Positions 16,257-26,420 of a stretch of 32,000 nt of DNA are shown piece after piece. Under the pieces are notes generated by a model that had not been told where the DNA came from, made no database searches, and saw only the letters and a program-made list of their open reading frames with translations. A program made the translations under genes and the position numbers. Position 1 is the first letter of the stretch; each line of letters starts with the position of its first letter. The stretch lies in the NCBI RefSeq assembly GCF_000009705.1, contig NC_003272.1:2670001-2702000 (forward strand), given 5' to 3'. Source of the DNA: Nostoc sp. PCC 7120 = FACHB-418 (GTDB lineage Bacteria; Cyanobacteriota; Cyanobacteriia; Cyanobacteriales; Nostocaceae).

Positions 16257-19200
16257 TTATTGGGGGAAGCGAATGGAGAAAGTAGTACCACGATCGCGCT
16301 CTAAAAGAATCTTGCCTTTGATTTGCCTCACGAGGTTTTTGACAATTCTTAAGCCTAAAGAGTTGGCATTTTCCCAATCTAATGTTTCGGGAATGCCAAT
16401 ACCGTTATCTTTAACTAAGAGAGTTAATTGATTTCCTGGGACGGTTTCCAGGGAAATTATAATCTTATTGCCTTGTTTTTGTTCTGGAAATGCGTATTTC
16501 AGGCAATTAGACACCAACTCATTAATGATTAATCCGCAGGGAATAGCATTATCTAGATCCAATTTAATGCTGTTTGTTTCTATATTGATCATTATATTCT
16601 TTTGACTGACCCCATAGCAACGAAATAAGCTATCTGTCAGATTTTTGATGTAGTCGCTAAAGTTAATTTGATTAATATCTGCTGACTGATAAAGTTGCTC
16701 GTGAATCAAAGCCATCGACTGTACACGATTTTGGGATTCTGTAAATAGCAACAAAGTTGTTTCATCAAAAGAACGTCTAGATTGCATCCTGAGCAAACTA
16801 GAGATTATTTGCAGGTTGTTTTTAACCCGATGATGAATTTCTTTGAGTAAGGTTTCTTTTTCATCTAGCGATCGCTGTATTTGTTCTACAGCTTGTTTGC
16901 GATCGCTAATATCAGACAATCGTACTAAATTAATCCCCTGACCAGCTACAGTAATTTGTTTGGCAGCTAAATTCCCCCAGAAAAAATTACCTTTGCGAGT
17001 GGCATATTCAATTTCTCGACTCCACCAAGATTTTTGATTTAGTTCCTGGGTAATTTCACCCAATTGTTCGGGAGTAAATTGGTAACGTTGTAGTGTGTTT
17101 CCCTGAATATTGAGTAATTCTTCCTTATTGTCCACTTCAAACAAATCAACTGCACGGTCATTACAATCAAAAATTAATTGCGTGTCTATGTCTACTAAAA
17201 AAAGAGCATCGGCTGATTCATTAAAAATTGCTTCTCGCAAATCACGATGGTGAATAACTTCGGACTCGATTTTTTTGCGGGCGGTGATATCTGTCAAGCT
17301 ACCTATATAACCAAGGATATTTCCATTTAGGTCGGTTTCGGGTACTATCTGGATGTAGAACCAGGTGATGCTGCCGTCTGGACGTACATATCTTACCTCT
17401 CGCCGACAAGTTTCAAATGAACTACATTGTTTTCCGCAGGGGCCAGAACAATCTACCACCAGGTGATAGCGATCTTCTTCATGGATATTTTCTAACCATC
17501 CTTTCTGCAATGCCGCTTGTGTTGGTTTACCCGTCATTAAACTCCAACGTTCGTTGACGTAAATACAATTACTAGCAGTATCAAGCCGAAAAATAGCAAC
17601 GGGAGCCGCTTCTGTCAAGGTAGCATAGCGCTTTTCACTTTCCCGTAAGGCGGCTTCTACTTGTTTGCGCTCGGTAATATCATAGTTAATCCCAACCATG
17701 CGTAGTGGTTCACCCCACTCATTGCGTTGAACTAAAGCGGAGGCTTTGATAAAGCGGATACCGCCATTTTTTAGAACAATCCGAAATTCTGTATCAAATT
17801 CTCTGACTCCCTTGATGGCATCTTCAAAGGCCATCATTGCTTCATCTCGGTCATCTGGATGGAGCCTATCTATCCAATCTTGGGACTTTACTTTATTCTC
17901 AAACCCTTGCAAATCATATAGTTCATACATTCGGTTATCCCATTCCGCTTCCTGTATCATATCCCAGTCCCAAATACCGAGATTGGCTGAGCTGACTGCC
18001 AAGGTCAGTCGATCTGAAAGGTTACGTAGTTTTTCTTCTGTTTGTTTACGCTCAGTAATGTCTAAGATAGTGCTGATTAACTGGTATGGTTGCCCATGAG
18101 TGTTTAATATAACTTCGCCTCGTGATAGTAAATAACCCAAACTGCCGTCAGCGCGATAAAAACGATACTCTAGTTCATAAGCTTGTCTTTGTGTAATAGC
18201 TTGATGTAAGACAACATCGTGGTAGTTGCGATCATCCGGATGAATACAATCAAGCATTTCGTCGTAACTTGGTGTCCCGGACTCAGGATGGTGGCCAAAT
18301 ATGCGAAAAACCTCTTGTGACCAGATTAAGTTTTGCGTTGACAAATCCAGTTCCCAACTGCCCAAATGAGCAATTCTTTGTGCCGCAGCAAGAGTAGAGG
18401 TATTTTTGCGAAGTTGAGCTTCTATCTGTTTTTGCTGAGTAATATCTTTGGCAATTCCCACACCACCGATAGGCTTTCCCTCTTGATTAAACATGGGTTT
18501 AACCGAGAGAGCAACAGGGAAACGCGAACCATCTTTACGAATAAAAGTCCATTCTAATTCATCACTATCTTGCTGGGTTTTGACCAGGAAATCCTCAGGG
18601 GTAACTTCTCTACCCATCTCTTGTTTGAGTTCATTCATCCGTTGTTTGAGTTCCTCTGGCTCATGAAAAATGTTTGGTGTTAACTTACCAATCACCTCAT
18701 CGGCTGAGTAACCCAACATCTTTTGAGCAGCAAGGTTAAAAGTTTGAATTATGCCCTCGGAATTGGTAGAAATGACTGCATAATCGATGCTTGAAAGAAT
18801 CGCTTGTTGCAATTCGGAAACGGTTAATAACTGAGCTTCTGTTTCCTTGCGTTTAGTAATATCTGTTGCCGAGCCGCTCATGCGAATAGCATTGCCTGAT
18901 TCATCCCATAAAGCCTGACCCCGATCTAATATCCATATATAGGAGCCATCTTTGCGCTGTAGCCGATATTCTTCTTGGAAAAAGGGTGTTTTGTGGGCTA
19001 AATGGTCGGCGATCGCCTTCATAATGCGATCGTGATCATCAGGATGAATCCGGCTTAACCATGATTCTCGATTTCGCCCCAGTTCCTCACTGCTAAAGCC
19101 CAACATTTCTTCCCATCGAATTGAGAAGAAAACTTCATTAGTTGTGATGTTTCTGTCCCAGATGCCATCATTGCTGCCTCTTAGTGCCAAATGCCAGCGT

Positions 19201-21380
19201 TCTTCACTTTCCCTTAAAGCGGCAGTGCGTTCTGCAACTCTCGCTTCCAGTTCTTGATTAAGTTTTTGTAATGCCTGTTCTGCCCGAATTTTATCGCTAA
19301 TATCAACTGCTACACCACCAATAAATAATTCCCCCGTAGTTGCAGGTAAGGGGAATTTATAGACTAAAAAATCCCCCAACGTACCATCCAATCTGGGAGC
19401 TTTTTCAATGGTTTCGAGGATTTGTTGCGTTTGTGCTACCCGGTGAATATTATCCAAAAACGGCTGGGCTACTTCTGGGGTATAAAGCTCAAAAACTGTT
19501 TTGCCCGTCACATCCTCTACCTTGTCAAATGGCAGTTGAAAGGTACGGACATAGGTCTGGCTTAGATAAAGCATTCGGCCGTGGTCATCGGTAATCCAGG
19601 AAGCTGAGGGGCTGTTATTCATAAAAGCCTGAAACCGCGCTTCACTCTCTTGCAGGGCAGACTCCGCCTGTTTGCGTTCTGTGATATCAAAATCTATACC
19701 ACTCATCCGCAGAGGGTTACCGTTTTGGTCGTAGAAAACTTTACCTCTACTGAGCGCCCAACGTGGCGTACCATCAAGTTTAATAAAGCGAAATTCGATG
19801 TTGTAATCTTCTCTGTTGTAGACAGCACAATTAATGGATTGTAAAACCCTCTCTCGATCATCTGGGTGTATCAGCGACACAACCATTTCAAAATGACCAT
19901 TGAAGGTTCCCGGAACCATGCCAAATAGTTTTTCCAAATTCTCCGACCAGTGAATTCCACCTGTTTGAATATTCCATTCCCAGTTACCCATACACGCAGC
20001 ATCTAGAGCCATAGTTAATCGCTCTTCGTTCTGCTGTAGAGCAGCTTCTGTTTGCTTCCGTTCGCTAATATCTACACAGGAACCGATATAACCCAGAAAC
20101 ACTCCTTCCGTGGTGAAACGGGGAGTGCCTGTATCCAAAATCCAACAATATTGTCCATCAAAGCGTTTGAGCCGATATTCCATTTGAAAATTTTGGCGGG
20201 CATCAAAGGCATTGACGTAAGTGTCTAAGCAATCTTTTAAGTCATCGGGATGCACTCCTTGAACCCAACCATCACCTACTTCTTTTTCTAAGGTTTTGCC
20301 AGTAAAATCTAACCAGGTTTTATTGAAGTAGTAGCAAAGTTTATCGAGTCCCGACATCCAAATCAGTACGGGAGCCGTATCAGCCATCTGGCGAAACCGT
20401 TGTTCGCTCTCGCGGAGAGTTGCTTCTACTCGTTTTCGTTCTTGTAGTTCCGTCTGTATTTGCTCATAGGCACTGGCTTGCTGAATTGCGATCGCTATCT
20501 GCACCGCCAACTGCTCCAATAAGTCCAGTTCAAATGACTGCCAATGATGGGGTGCAGCACATTGGTGAGCAATTAATAATCCCCATGATTTATTTGTCAC
20601 CATAATGGGTACTATCAGAGTGGCTTTAACTTGAAACTGCTCTAGTAGTTCTAAATAACAGTTCGTTAAGCCTGCCTGATAAATATCATTAATCGCTCGT
20701 TTTTTTAGTTGATGGTTATGTCCTGCACTATCTTGAAAGCACTTATCTTCAATTTGCGCTCCTTTCGTCGCTATCCAACCGGGAAGTATAGACTCTGCGA
20801 CCACAATTCCACTCATATCGGGTTGAAATTGATAGATTAGTACCCGGTCTGCTTGCAAAAACTGGCGCACTTCCGCGACTGTGACACTCAAAATATCTTC
20901 TAGCTTCAGGGATTGCCTAATTATTAAAGCGATCGCCACCATTAGCTGTTGCTGTTGCCGACTTTTTTCTAACTGTCTTGTCAGCAGCATCCGTTCTACA
21001 GCATAATGAATTGTACTTTGTAAGGTTTCCGGTGTCAGAGAATTTTTCACCAAATAATCTTGAGCGCCATTTTTCATAGCACAGACAGCGACACTTTCGT
21101 CACCTTGTCCTGTGAGCATAATCACAGCAGATTGGTTATTATTTAGGTGTTCTCTTAGTTTTTGCAAAAACTCTAATCCATCGTGATCCGGCAGTAAATA
21201 ATCCAGCAAAATCACATCTGGTGTCTGTTGCTCACACCATGCCATTGCCTCTTGTGCTGTCTCAAATTGAAAAATCTCGTAGGTATGTAATCTATCCTGC
21301 TGCAAAAACAAACGATATATCTCCCGATCTTCGGCGCAATCATCAATCAGCAAAATGGTTAGAGGGGAGCGTTGATTCAT
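16257..21380 (-). CDS. Multi-sensor hybrid histidine kinase: REC - GAF - about 9-10 PAS/PAC - HisKA_2 - HATPase_c
   Basis: N-terminal receiver (ILLIDD...DVILLDYLLPDHDG...LVKN). GAF domain (...LLIAHQCAAPHHWQ). PAS/PAC units are repeatedly closed by D(I/V)(T/S)ERKQ-type linkers. H-box EIHHRVKNNLQIISSLLRMQ (HisKA_2/HWE-like). ATPase motifs NELVSNCLKYAF, DNGIGIP and GLGLRIV. Confidence 0.9.
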   Translation of the reverse strand: MNQRSPLTILLIDDCAEDREIYRLFLQQDRLHTYEIFQFETAQEAMAWCEQQTPDVILLDYLLPDHDGLEFLQKLREHLNNNQSAVIMLTGQGDESVAVCAMKNGAQDYLVKNSLTPETLQSTIHYAVERMLLTRQLEKSRQQQQLMVAIALIIRQSLKLEDILSVTVAEVRQFLQADRVLIYQFQPDMSGIVVAESILPGWIATKGAQIEDKCFQDSAGHNHQLKKRAINDIYQAGLTNCYLELLEQFQVKATLIVPIMVTNKSWGLLIAHQCAAPHHWQSFELDLLEQLAVQIAIAIQQASAYEQIQTELQERKRVEATLRESEQRFRQMADTAPVLIWMSGLDKLCYYFNKTWLDFTGKTLEKEVGDGWVQGVHPDDLKDCLDTYVNAFDARQNFQMEYRLKRFDGQYCWILDTGTPRFTTEGVFLGYIGSCVDISERKQTEAALQQNEERLTMALDAACMGNWEWNIQTGGIHWSENLEKLFGMVPGTFNGHFEMVVSLIHPDDRERVLQSINCAVYNREDYNIEFRFIKLDGTPRWALSRGKVFYDQNGNPLRMSGIDFDITERKQAESALQESEARFQAFMNNSPSASWITDDHGRMLYLSQTYVRTFQLPFDKVEDVTGKTVFELYTPEVAQPFLDNIHRVAQTQQILETIEKAPRLDGTLGDFLVYKFPLPATTGELFIGGVAVDISDKIRAEQALQKLNQELEARVAERTAALRESEERWHLALRGSNDGIWDRNITTNEVFFSIRWEEMLGFSSEELGRNRESWLSRIHPDDHDRIMKAIADHLAHKTPFFQEEYRLQRKDGSYIWILDRGQALWDESGNAIRMSGSATDITKRKETEAQLLTVSELQQAILSSIDYAVISTNSEGIIQTFNLAAQKMLGYSADEVIGKLTPNIFHEPEELKQRMNELKQEMGREVTPEDFLVKTQQDSDELEWTFIRKDGSRFPVALSVKPMFNQEGKPIGGVGIAKDITQQKQIEAQLRKNTSTLAAAQRIAHLGSWELDLSTQNLIWSQEVFRIFGHHPESGTPSYDEMLDCIHPDDRNYHDVVLHQAITQRQAYELEYRFYRADGSLGYLLSRGEVILNTHGQPYQLISTILDITERKQTEEKLRNLSDRLTLAVSSANLGIWDWDMIQEAEWDNRMYELYDLQGFENKVKSQDWIDRLHPDDRDEAMMAFEDAIKGVREFDTEFRIVLKNGGIRFIKASALVQRNEWGEPLRMVGINYDITERKQVEAALRESEKRYATLTEAAPVAIFRLDTASNCIYVNERWSLMTGKPTQAALQKGWLENIHEEDRYHLVVDCSGPCGKQCSSFETCRREVRYVRPDGSITWFYIQIVPETDLNGNILGYIGSLTDITARKKIESEVIHHRDLREAIFNESADALFLVDIDTQLIFDCNDRAVDLFEVDNKEELLNIQGNTLQRYQFTPEQLGEITQELNQKSWWSREIEYATRKGNFFWGNLAAKQITVAGQGINLVRLSDISDRKQAVEQIQRSLDEKETLLKEIHHRVKNNLQIISSLLRMQSRRSFDETTLLLFTESQNRVQSMALIHEQLYQSADINQINFSDYIKNLTDSLFRCYGVSQKNIMINIETNSIKLDLDNAIPCGLIINELVSNCLKYAFPEQKQGNKIIISLETVPGNQLTLLVKDNGIGIPETLDWENANSLGLRIVKNLVRQIKGKILLERDRGTTFSIRFPQ

Positions 21381-21632
21381 AAGCTATATACAAAAAGGCG
21401 ATCGGATTTCGTCAAAAAATTGAGATTCTCTATTTGCTGAATTAAAAATTCTTCTTAAATCAAGCTATATCTAAAAATAGATTAGTAAAAACCGAGCCAG
21501 TGAAATCCCTAATAATATTAATAGTTGTAAAAGTCTTTCTCTAGTTGTAAACTAATTTTTAACTCCTGGGTTAAAATGTAAATATTATCAACAAAACTTT
21601 AACATAATAGAATACTAAAGATATCTCCAGTA

Positions 21633-22223
21633 ATGACAAAAATTTTAGTAATTGAAGACCAGGAAGATATTCGTAGCATTATTGTAGAAATGCTAACTGC
21701 GGAAAATTTCTATGTTATGGACGCAGAAAACGGACAAGTGGGGATTACTATGCTACAAAAAGAAATTCCCGATTTGATTATCTGTGACATTGCTATGCCT
21801 AAAATAGATGGATATGAAGTTGTTACTTGGTCACGGGAAAATCCAGAAACTGAAGCTATTCCTTTTATATTTCTTACAGCTAAAGCCTCTCAAAATGATA
21901 TTCGTCAAGGTATAGAATTAGGTGCTGATGATTATCTAGTAAAGCCATTTACTAGAGCAGAATTACTGGGAGCAATAACAGCTAGATTAGAGAAACAAGA
22001 AATAATTAATAGACAAACACAAAAAAGACTCAACACATCTTATAGTTATCTGGCATCGACAATTAGAAATGATTTAAATAATCCTCTTAACTACGTTACA
22101 TCGATATCAGAGAAACTCATCAATGACTATGAATTTATGAATCGAGAAGAAATCTTAAAAAAGATCAAAGAAATTTATAATTTAAGCAAAAATTTTCAGG
22201 ATATAAATCTGAATAAGCGATAA
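21633..22223 (+). CDS. Response-regulator receiver fused to a degenerate, His-less DHp-like stub (no catalytic domain)
   Basis: The REC motifs are intact (VIEDQED, ICDIAMP, FLTAK, LVKPF). The C-terminal segment SYLASTIRNDLNNPLNYV aligns to the HisKA H-box xFLAxISHELRTPLNxI, with Asn in place of the phospho-His. The ORF ends about 60 aa later. Confidence 0.75.
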   Translation: MTKILVIEDQEDIRSIIVEMLTAENFYVMDAENGQVGITMLQKEIPDLIICDIAMPKIDGYEVVTWSRENPETEAIPFIFLTAKASQNDIRQGIELGADDYLVKPFTRAELLGAITARLEKQEIINRQTQKRLNTSYSYLASTIRNDLNNPLNYVTSISEKLINDYEFMNREEILKKIKEIYNLSKNFQDINLNKR

Positions 22224-22247
22224 ATCTAATCAACTAGAAAATTAAAT

Positions 22248-23381
22248 ATGAATCCTATCCAAATTTTGATAGTTGAAGATGAGCAACTAGTGGCTGATGA
22301 CCTGAGAGAAACTCTAGAATATTTGGGGTACGGTGTGCCTGCCTTAGTAGCATCTGGAGAAGAAGCTATTCTCATGGCAGGAATCTTGCGACCTGACCTA
22401 GTGCTGATGGACATCAGATTAGAGGGTAAAATCGATGGCATAGAAGCCTCTTTTGCCATCCAGTCTCGCTTTGGTTTACCTGTCGTTTACCTAACTGCTA
22501 ATGCCGACCGCGCAACACTAGAGCGAGCTAAGGCTTCCCATCCTTTTGGTTATATTTTAAAACCCTTCGATGAAAGAATATTAGCTACCACAATAGAGAT
22601 TGCCATTTCCCGACATCAAACAGAAGTTGAAGTAAAAGAAGCACTAATGGCTGCCAAAAATAGTCAGCAAATTGCTGAATCCAAAAACCAGATGAAATCA
22701 CAACATCTCTACATGGCAGCACATGAGTTTCGTAACCCTTTAACTACAATTAAGCTCAGTGCCGAAATGTTGAATACCTATGGCGAGAAGATGTCAGAGG
22801 AAAAAAAACAAAAACATATCGACCGCATTGAATCTGCCACGGATAGCTTGACGAATCTGCTAGAGAATATACTCACACTTGGTAGAGCCGAAGCTGAAAA
22901 TTTTGTATTGAACCCCACGCTGATAGAGGTAGTAAGTTTCTGTGAAGAAATAGTCGAGTCTTTACGGTTAACATTGAAAGAACAGTATGAAATTAATTTT
23001 GTCACAGATACTAAAAGTTGTATTGCCTGCTTAGATGAACAGCTACTGTGGCATTTACTAAATAACTTACTTTCTAACGCAGTCAAGTACTCACCCAGAG
23101 GTAGTACTATTTTGCTGCGGCTGACTTGCGACGAAAGTGATGTATATTTTCAAATTAAAGACCAAGGTGTAGGTATTCCCCCAGAATTTCAAGCTAAACT
23201 ATTTGAACCTTTTCAACGTGCTGCCAATGTTGCCACGATTCCTGGCACAGGATTAGGGCTAGCAATTGTTAAGCAATGTGTCGATTTGCATCAGGGTACG
23301 ATATCTATTGATACTACCTTAGGTCAAGGCACAAGTTTCGTAGTTAAACTACCACTGAAGGTAGATTCAATATCGGCTTAA
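22248..23381 (+). CDS. Hybrid sensor kinase: N-terminal REC + HisKA + HATPase_c
   Basis: REC (ILIVEDE...DLVLMDIRL...LTANA...ILKPF). H-box MAAHEFRNPLTTI, N-box LLNNLLSNAVKYS, G-boxes DQGVGIP and GTGLGLAIV. The 24-bp gap after the preceding gene suggests co-transcription. Confidence 0.9.
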   Translation: MNPIQILIVEDEQLVADDLRETLEYLGYGVPALVASGEEAILMAGILRPDLVLMDIRLEGKIDGIEASFAIQSRFGLPVVYLTANADRATLERAKASHPFGYILKPFDERILATTIEIAISRHQTEVEVKEALMAAKNSQQIAESKNQMKSQHLYMAAHEFRNPLTTIKLSAEMLNTYGEKMSEEKKQKHIDRIESATDSLTNLLENILTLGRAEAENFVLNPTLIEVVSFCEEIVESLRLTLKEQYEINFVTDTKSCIACLDEQLLWHLLNNLLSNAVKYSPRGSTILLRLTCDESDVYFQIKDQGVGIPPEFQAKLFEPFQRAANVATIPGTGLGLAIVKQCVDLHQGTISIDTTLGQGTSFVVKLPLKVDSISA

Positions 23382-23857
23382 TTTTGATAAAAATAGCGCT
23401 TTTCGAGTTGATGAAGTATATCGTCAAAATCGTCAAATTTGCAATCATTTATCCATAGCAATCTAATTTTAGCCCTGTAATTACTAGGGTAAATAGGTAA
23501 TAGCAAGAATAAATAAGGCTATTTTCAAGCTACTAAGGATTTTACAACAATTAAATCAGATTTCTAGACTTAATAAAAATTAACTAAAAGCTGACTTCTG
23601 GGAAAATTATTAATATTACCGATATCTATAAAAAAGTTAATCATATATTTGCAGGTTTTCTTTCTCTAGGTAAGTTAAGACATGATCTTTTATAGGTATA
23701 GCTATATATTTAAAGAATAATTCCGGCTAATTACTGACTAAGAGCTTTTATTTTTTACAAAAATTGATATTATAAATAATTAACTTGCCGCTAATTTAAA
23801 AACTAAATATAATTGATAGAAATTCATGATGTAATTGAATTAATTTCTGATATAAGC

Positions 23858-26203
23858 ATGGCTAAACGATCTCTCCAAGCCTCGGATGAAGGTATTAGGA
23901 AAGCCAAAAGAGCTTTTAATCATAAAGGTTGGACACAAGAATATCTAGCCAGTCAAGTTGGACTAGATAGTCGCCAACCAATTTGGAAGTTTTTTTCTGG
24001 CAAACCTGTTGCCCGGCATATATTCCATGAAATTTGCTTTAGCCTAGCCCTAAATCCAGAAGAGATTGTTCAAACACCAGAATTTGAACCAGATGAACAC
24101 TTAGAAACCCAACAGATACTAGAAGGTCAAAACTCTACAGTCATTGAATCTTTAGTGACTAAAATACGTGCTGCCCACTCAGAAAAAATTCAAAATCAAT
24201 GTGGTACTATCCGGTTGTTAGATGTTGCGCGTACCGTAGAATTGGATGAATTATTTATTGAGGTCAATGTATTAGAAGAAATTACTAATCAAAGATGGCT
24301 GGATATTTCAGAGTTACAAAAGTCTGATAATAAAGCTTTAAACGAATTTGTATTAGAGGAAGTTACTACTAAAAAAATTACAGGACTACAAGCTATTGAG
24401 AAATTTTCTAAGCTTTTTGTCTTTGGCAATCCAGGTGCGGGAAAAACTACTTTTTTGCAATCAATCGCCACACTTTGTAACCAAGGTAAATTTCAGCCTC
24501 AACGTGTTCCTATTTTTATTAGCCTGAAAGATTTTGCCGAAAATATTGACTACGATGATAAAAACCCTTTATTAAGCTATTTAATTGAGGAATTAAGTAT
24601 TTGTAAAATAGCTCAACAGGAAGTAGAAGAATTACTTCATAAAGGTAAAGTTTTAATTTTACTAGATGGATTGGATGAAGTTGCAGATAAATATACGGAT
24701 AAAATCAATAAAACAATTAGTACTTTTTTGGATATTTTTTATAAAAATGTAGTAATTATCAGTTGTCGAATTGCATTTAGGCATCAAAAATTTAAAGGTT
24801 TTGCTGAAGTACAAATTTCTAAATTTACAAAATCACAAATATCAGATTTTGCTAATAAATGGTTTGCAGCTTTTGCTAAAAATAATACCCGGTTAAAGAA
24901 AACATTAGCCTCTAAATTTATTGATAAAATAACCCTTCCGGAAAATCGACTAATCCAAAATCTAGCATCCACACCTATTTTATTAAACCTCACCTGTTTA
25001 GTATTCCAATATCTCGGCGATTTCCCTACTAAGCGGTCTGAAATTTATCAGCAAGGTTTAGAGCTATTACTAGTACGTTGGGACGAAGCCAAAGGAATCA
25101 AAAGAGATGAAGTTTATGCTAATTTAACCTTAGCCCAGAAAATTAAGTTGCTTAGTTATATCGCTGCCACTTTTTTTGAAAAGGGCAATTACTTTTTTGA
25201 AGAAAACATCATTTGTCAATTAATAGCTGACTTTTTATATCTGTTACCAAATGCACCAACTGATTTAGAAGCTTTACAAGTAGATAGTAAAGCTGTGCTT
25301 AAAGCAATGGAGTTACAGCATGGATTATTAGTTGAACAAGCTAGGGGCATTTATTCTTTTTCTCATTTAACATTTCATGAATATTTTACCGCCAGATTTC
25401 TTGCTAACAGCGACCATAAAAAATTAGAACAAATTGCCGATTGTTTAATTGATAAGCGATGGTGTGAAGTTATATTGCTCACATCGGAAATTATCAAATC
25501 CTTTGAGGACTTATTCCAGCTAATCAAGCAACAAATTGATAAGTTAGCAGTTGCAGATGAAACAGTAAAACTTTTTCTCACTTGGGTAATGAACAAGTCC
25601 TCAACAGTTATTTCCAATTATCATTCGTCTGCTGTACGTGCTTTTTACTTTACCCTAGCCTTACCTCCAGATTATGCTTTATCACGTAACCAAACTCTAG
25701 CTACAGTTTTAGATAGTCATTTAACAGGAAAACTAGCTGATGATTTAGCTTTGGATTTAGCTTTAAGTCATATTTTTGCAGTTAGCATTTCTTTGACTCC
25801 AGAGCTTTTCTGCAAGCGTATATCTGCTCTCAAATTAGCTCTTGATATTGATTATTTACTACAATCACATTCATCCTTAGATGAATCGCTACAAAACCTC
25901 AAACAAGAACTGCCTAGTTCACAACAAGATAAAGAGATATTAAAAGCATGGTGGCAATCTCATGGGCAATCTTGGACAACACAGTTAAAAGAAGTAATCA
26001 AAATACATCGCCAAATGGATTGCGCTTGGCAATTTACTGAGAAACAATTACATTTAATTCAAAAATACTGGGAGGCAAACAACTTATTAGTATATTGTTT
26101 TAATACCGCTAGCAATGTTACTCCCAATTTAAAAGAAATTATTAAAGAATCTTTGATTTTACCTCCAGAACAAACAGAAATAACCACTCTAAATAATGTT
26201 TGA
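23858..26203 (+). CDS. STAND NTPase: N-terminal HTH - NACHT - non-repeat alpha-helical C-terminal domain
   Basis: N-terminus MAKRSLQASDEGIRKAKRAFNHKGWTQEYLASQVGLDSRQPIWKFFSGKPV (cyanobacterial HTH module). Walker A GNPGAGKTTFLQ. Walker B VLILLDGLDEV. Also ISCR and LASTPILLNLTCLVF, which are NACHT hallmarks. No WD40, TPR or LRR repeats are visible. The ORF is open from TTG 23813; ATG 23858 is more likely. Confidence 0.85.
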   Translation: MAKRSLQASDEGIRKAKRAFNHKGWTQEYLASQVGLDSRQPIWKFFSGKPVARHIFHEICFSLALNPEEIVQTPEFEPDEHLETQQILEGQNSTVIESLVTKIRAAHSEKIQNQCGTIRLLDVARTVELDELFIEVNVLEEITNQRWLDISELQKSDNKALNEFVLEEVTTKKITGLQAIEKFSKLFVFGNPGAGKTTFLQSIATLCNQGKFQPQRVPIFISLKDFAENIDYDDKNPLLSYLIEELSICKIAQQEVEELLHKGKVLILLDGLDEVADKYTDKINKTISTFLDIFYKNVVIISCRIAFRHQKFKGFAEVQISKFTKSQISDFANKWFAAFAKNNTRLKKTLASKFIDKITLPENRLIQNLASTPILLNLTCLVFQYLGDFPTKRSEIYQQGLELLLVRWDEAKGIKRDEVYANLTLAQKIKLLSYIAATFFEKGNYFFEENIICQLIADFLYLLPNAPTDLEALQVDSKAVLKAMELQHGLLVEQARGIYSFSHLTFHEYFTARFLANSDHKKLEQIADCLIDKRWCEVILLTSEIIKSFEDLFQLIKQQIDKLAVADETVKLFLTWVMNKSSTVISNYHSSAVRAFYFTLALPPDYALSRNQTLATVLDSHLTGKLADDLALDLALSHIFAVSISLTPELFCKRISALKLALDIDYLLQSHSSLDESLQNLKQELPSSQQDKEILKAWWQSHGQSWTTQLKEVIKIHRQMDCAWQFTEKQLHLIQKYWEANNLLVYCFNTASNVTPNLKEIIKESLILPPEQTEITTLNNV

Positions 26204-26375
26204 AATTTAAATTTTTCAGGCTGCATCAAGTTTTAAAATCAACTCAATATTGCTTTATATCTATGCGCTGTTATACCAATTCACAAGATATTTGAGACAG
26301 TCGCTACGTTGATACGCATCTGGTGCATTTTTTTCGGGAAATGGTATTACAGGAGTTTTAGAAGATTTTTGAAAC

Positions 26376-26420
26376 ATAAAAAAGGCTCAAGTAACGTAAA
26401 TGTGACACTGTTACTTGAGC
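26376..26420 (-). terminator. Rho-independent terminator of the minus-strand gvpL/F-arsA-like-cdc48-like operon (11-bp perfect stem GCTCAAGTAAC/GTTACTTGAGC, 14-nt loop, U6 tail on the minus strand)
   Basis: Read directly from the sequence. It lies about 90 nt downstream of the AAA+ gene stop (26512). The A6 run at 26378-26383 gives the U-tract on the minus-strand RNA. Confidence 0.75.

Noticed and set aside
16192-16431. Two small ORFs (61 aa minus strand, 71 aa plus strand) around the 3' end of the giant kinase gene.
   Set aside because: They overlap the HATPase-encoding end of the 1707-aa ORF, have no motifs and have odd composition. They are most likely chance ORFs.
22226-22459. A 77-aa minus-strand ORF overlapping the start of the REC-HisKA-HATPase gene.
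   Set aside because: It is antisense to a well-supported receiver domain and has no independent signals.
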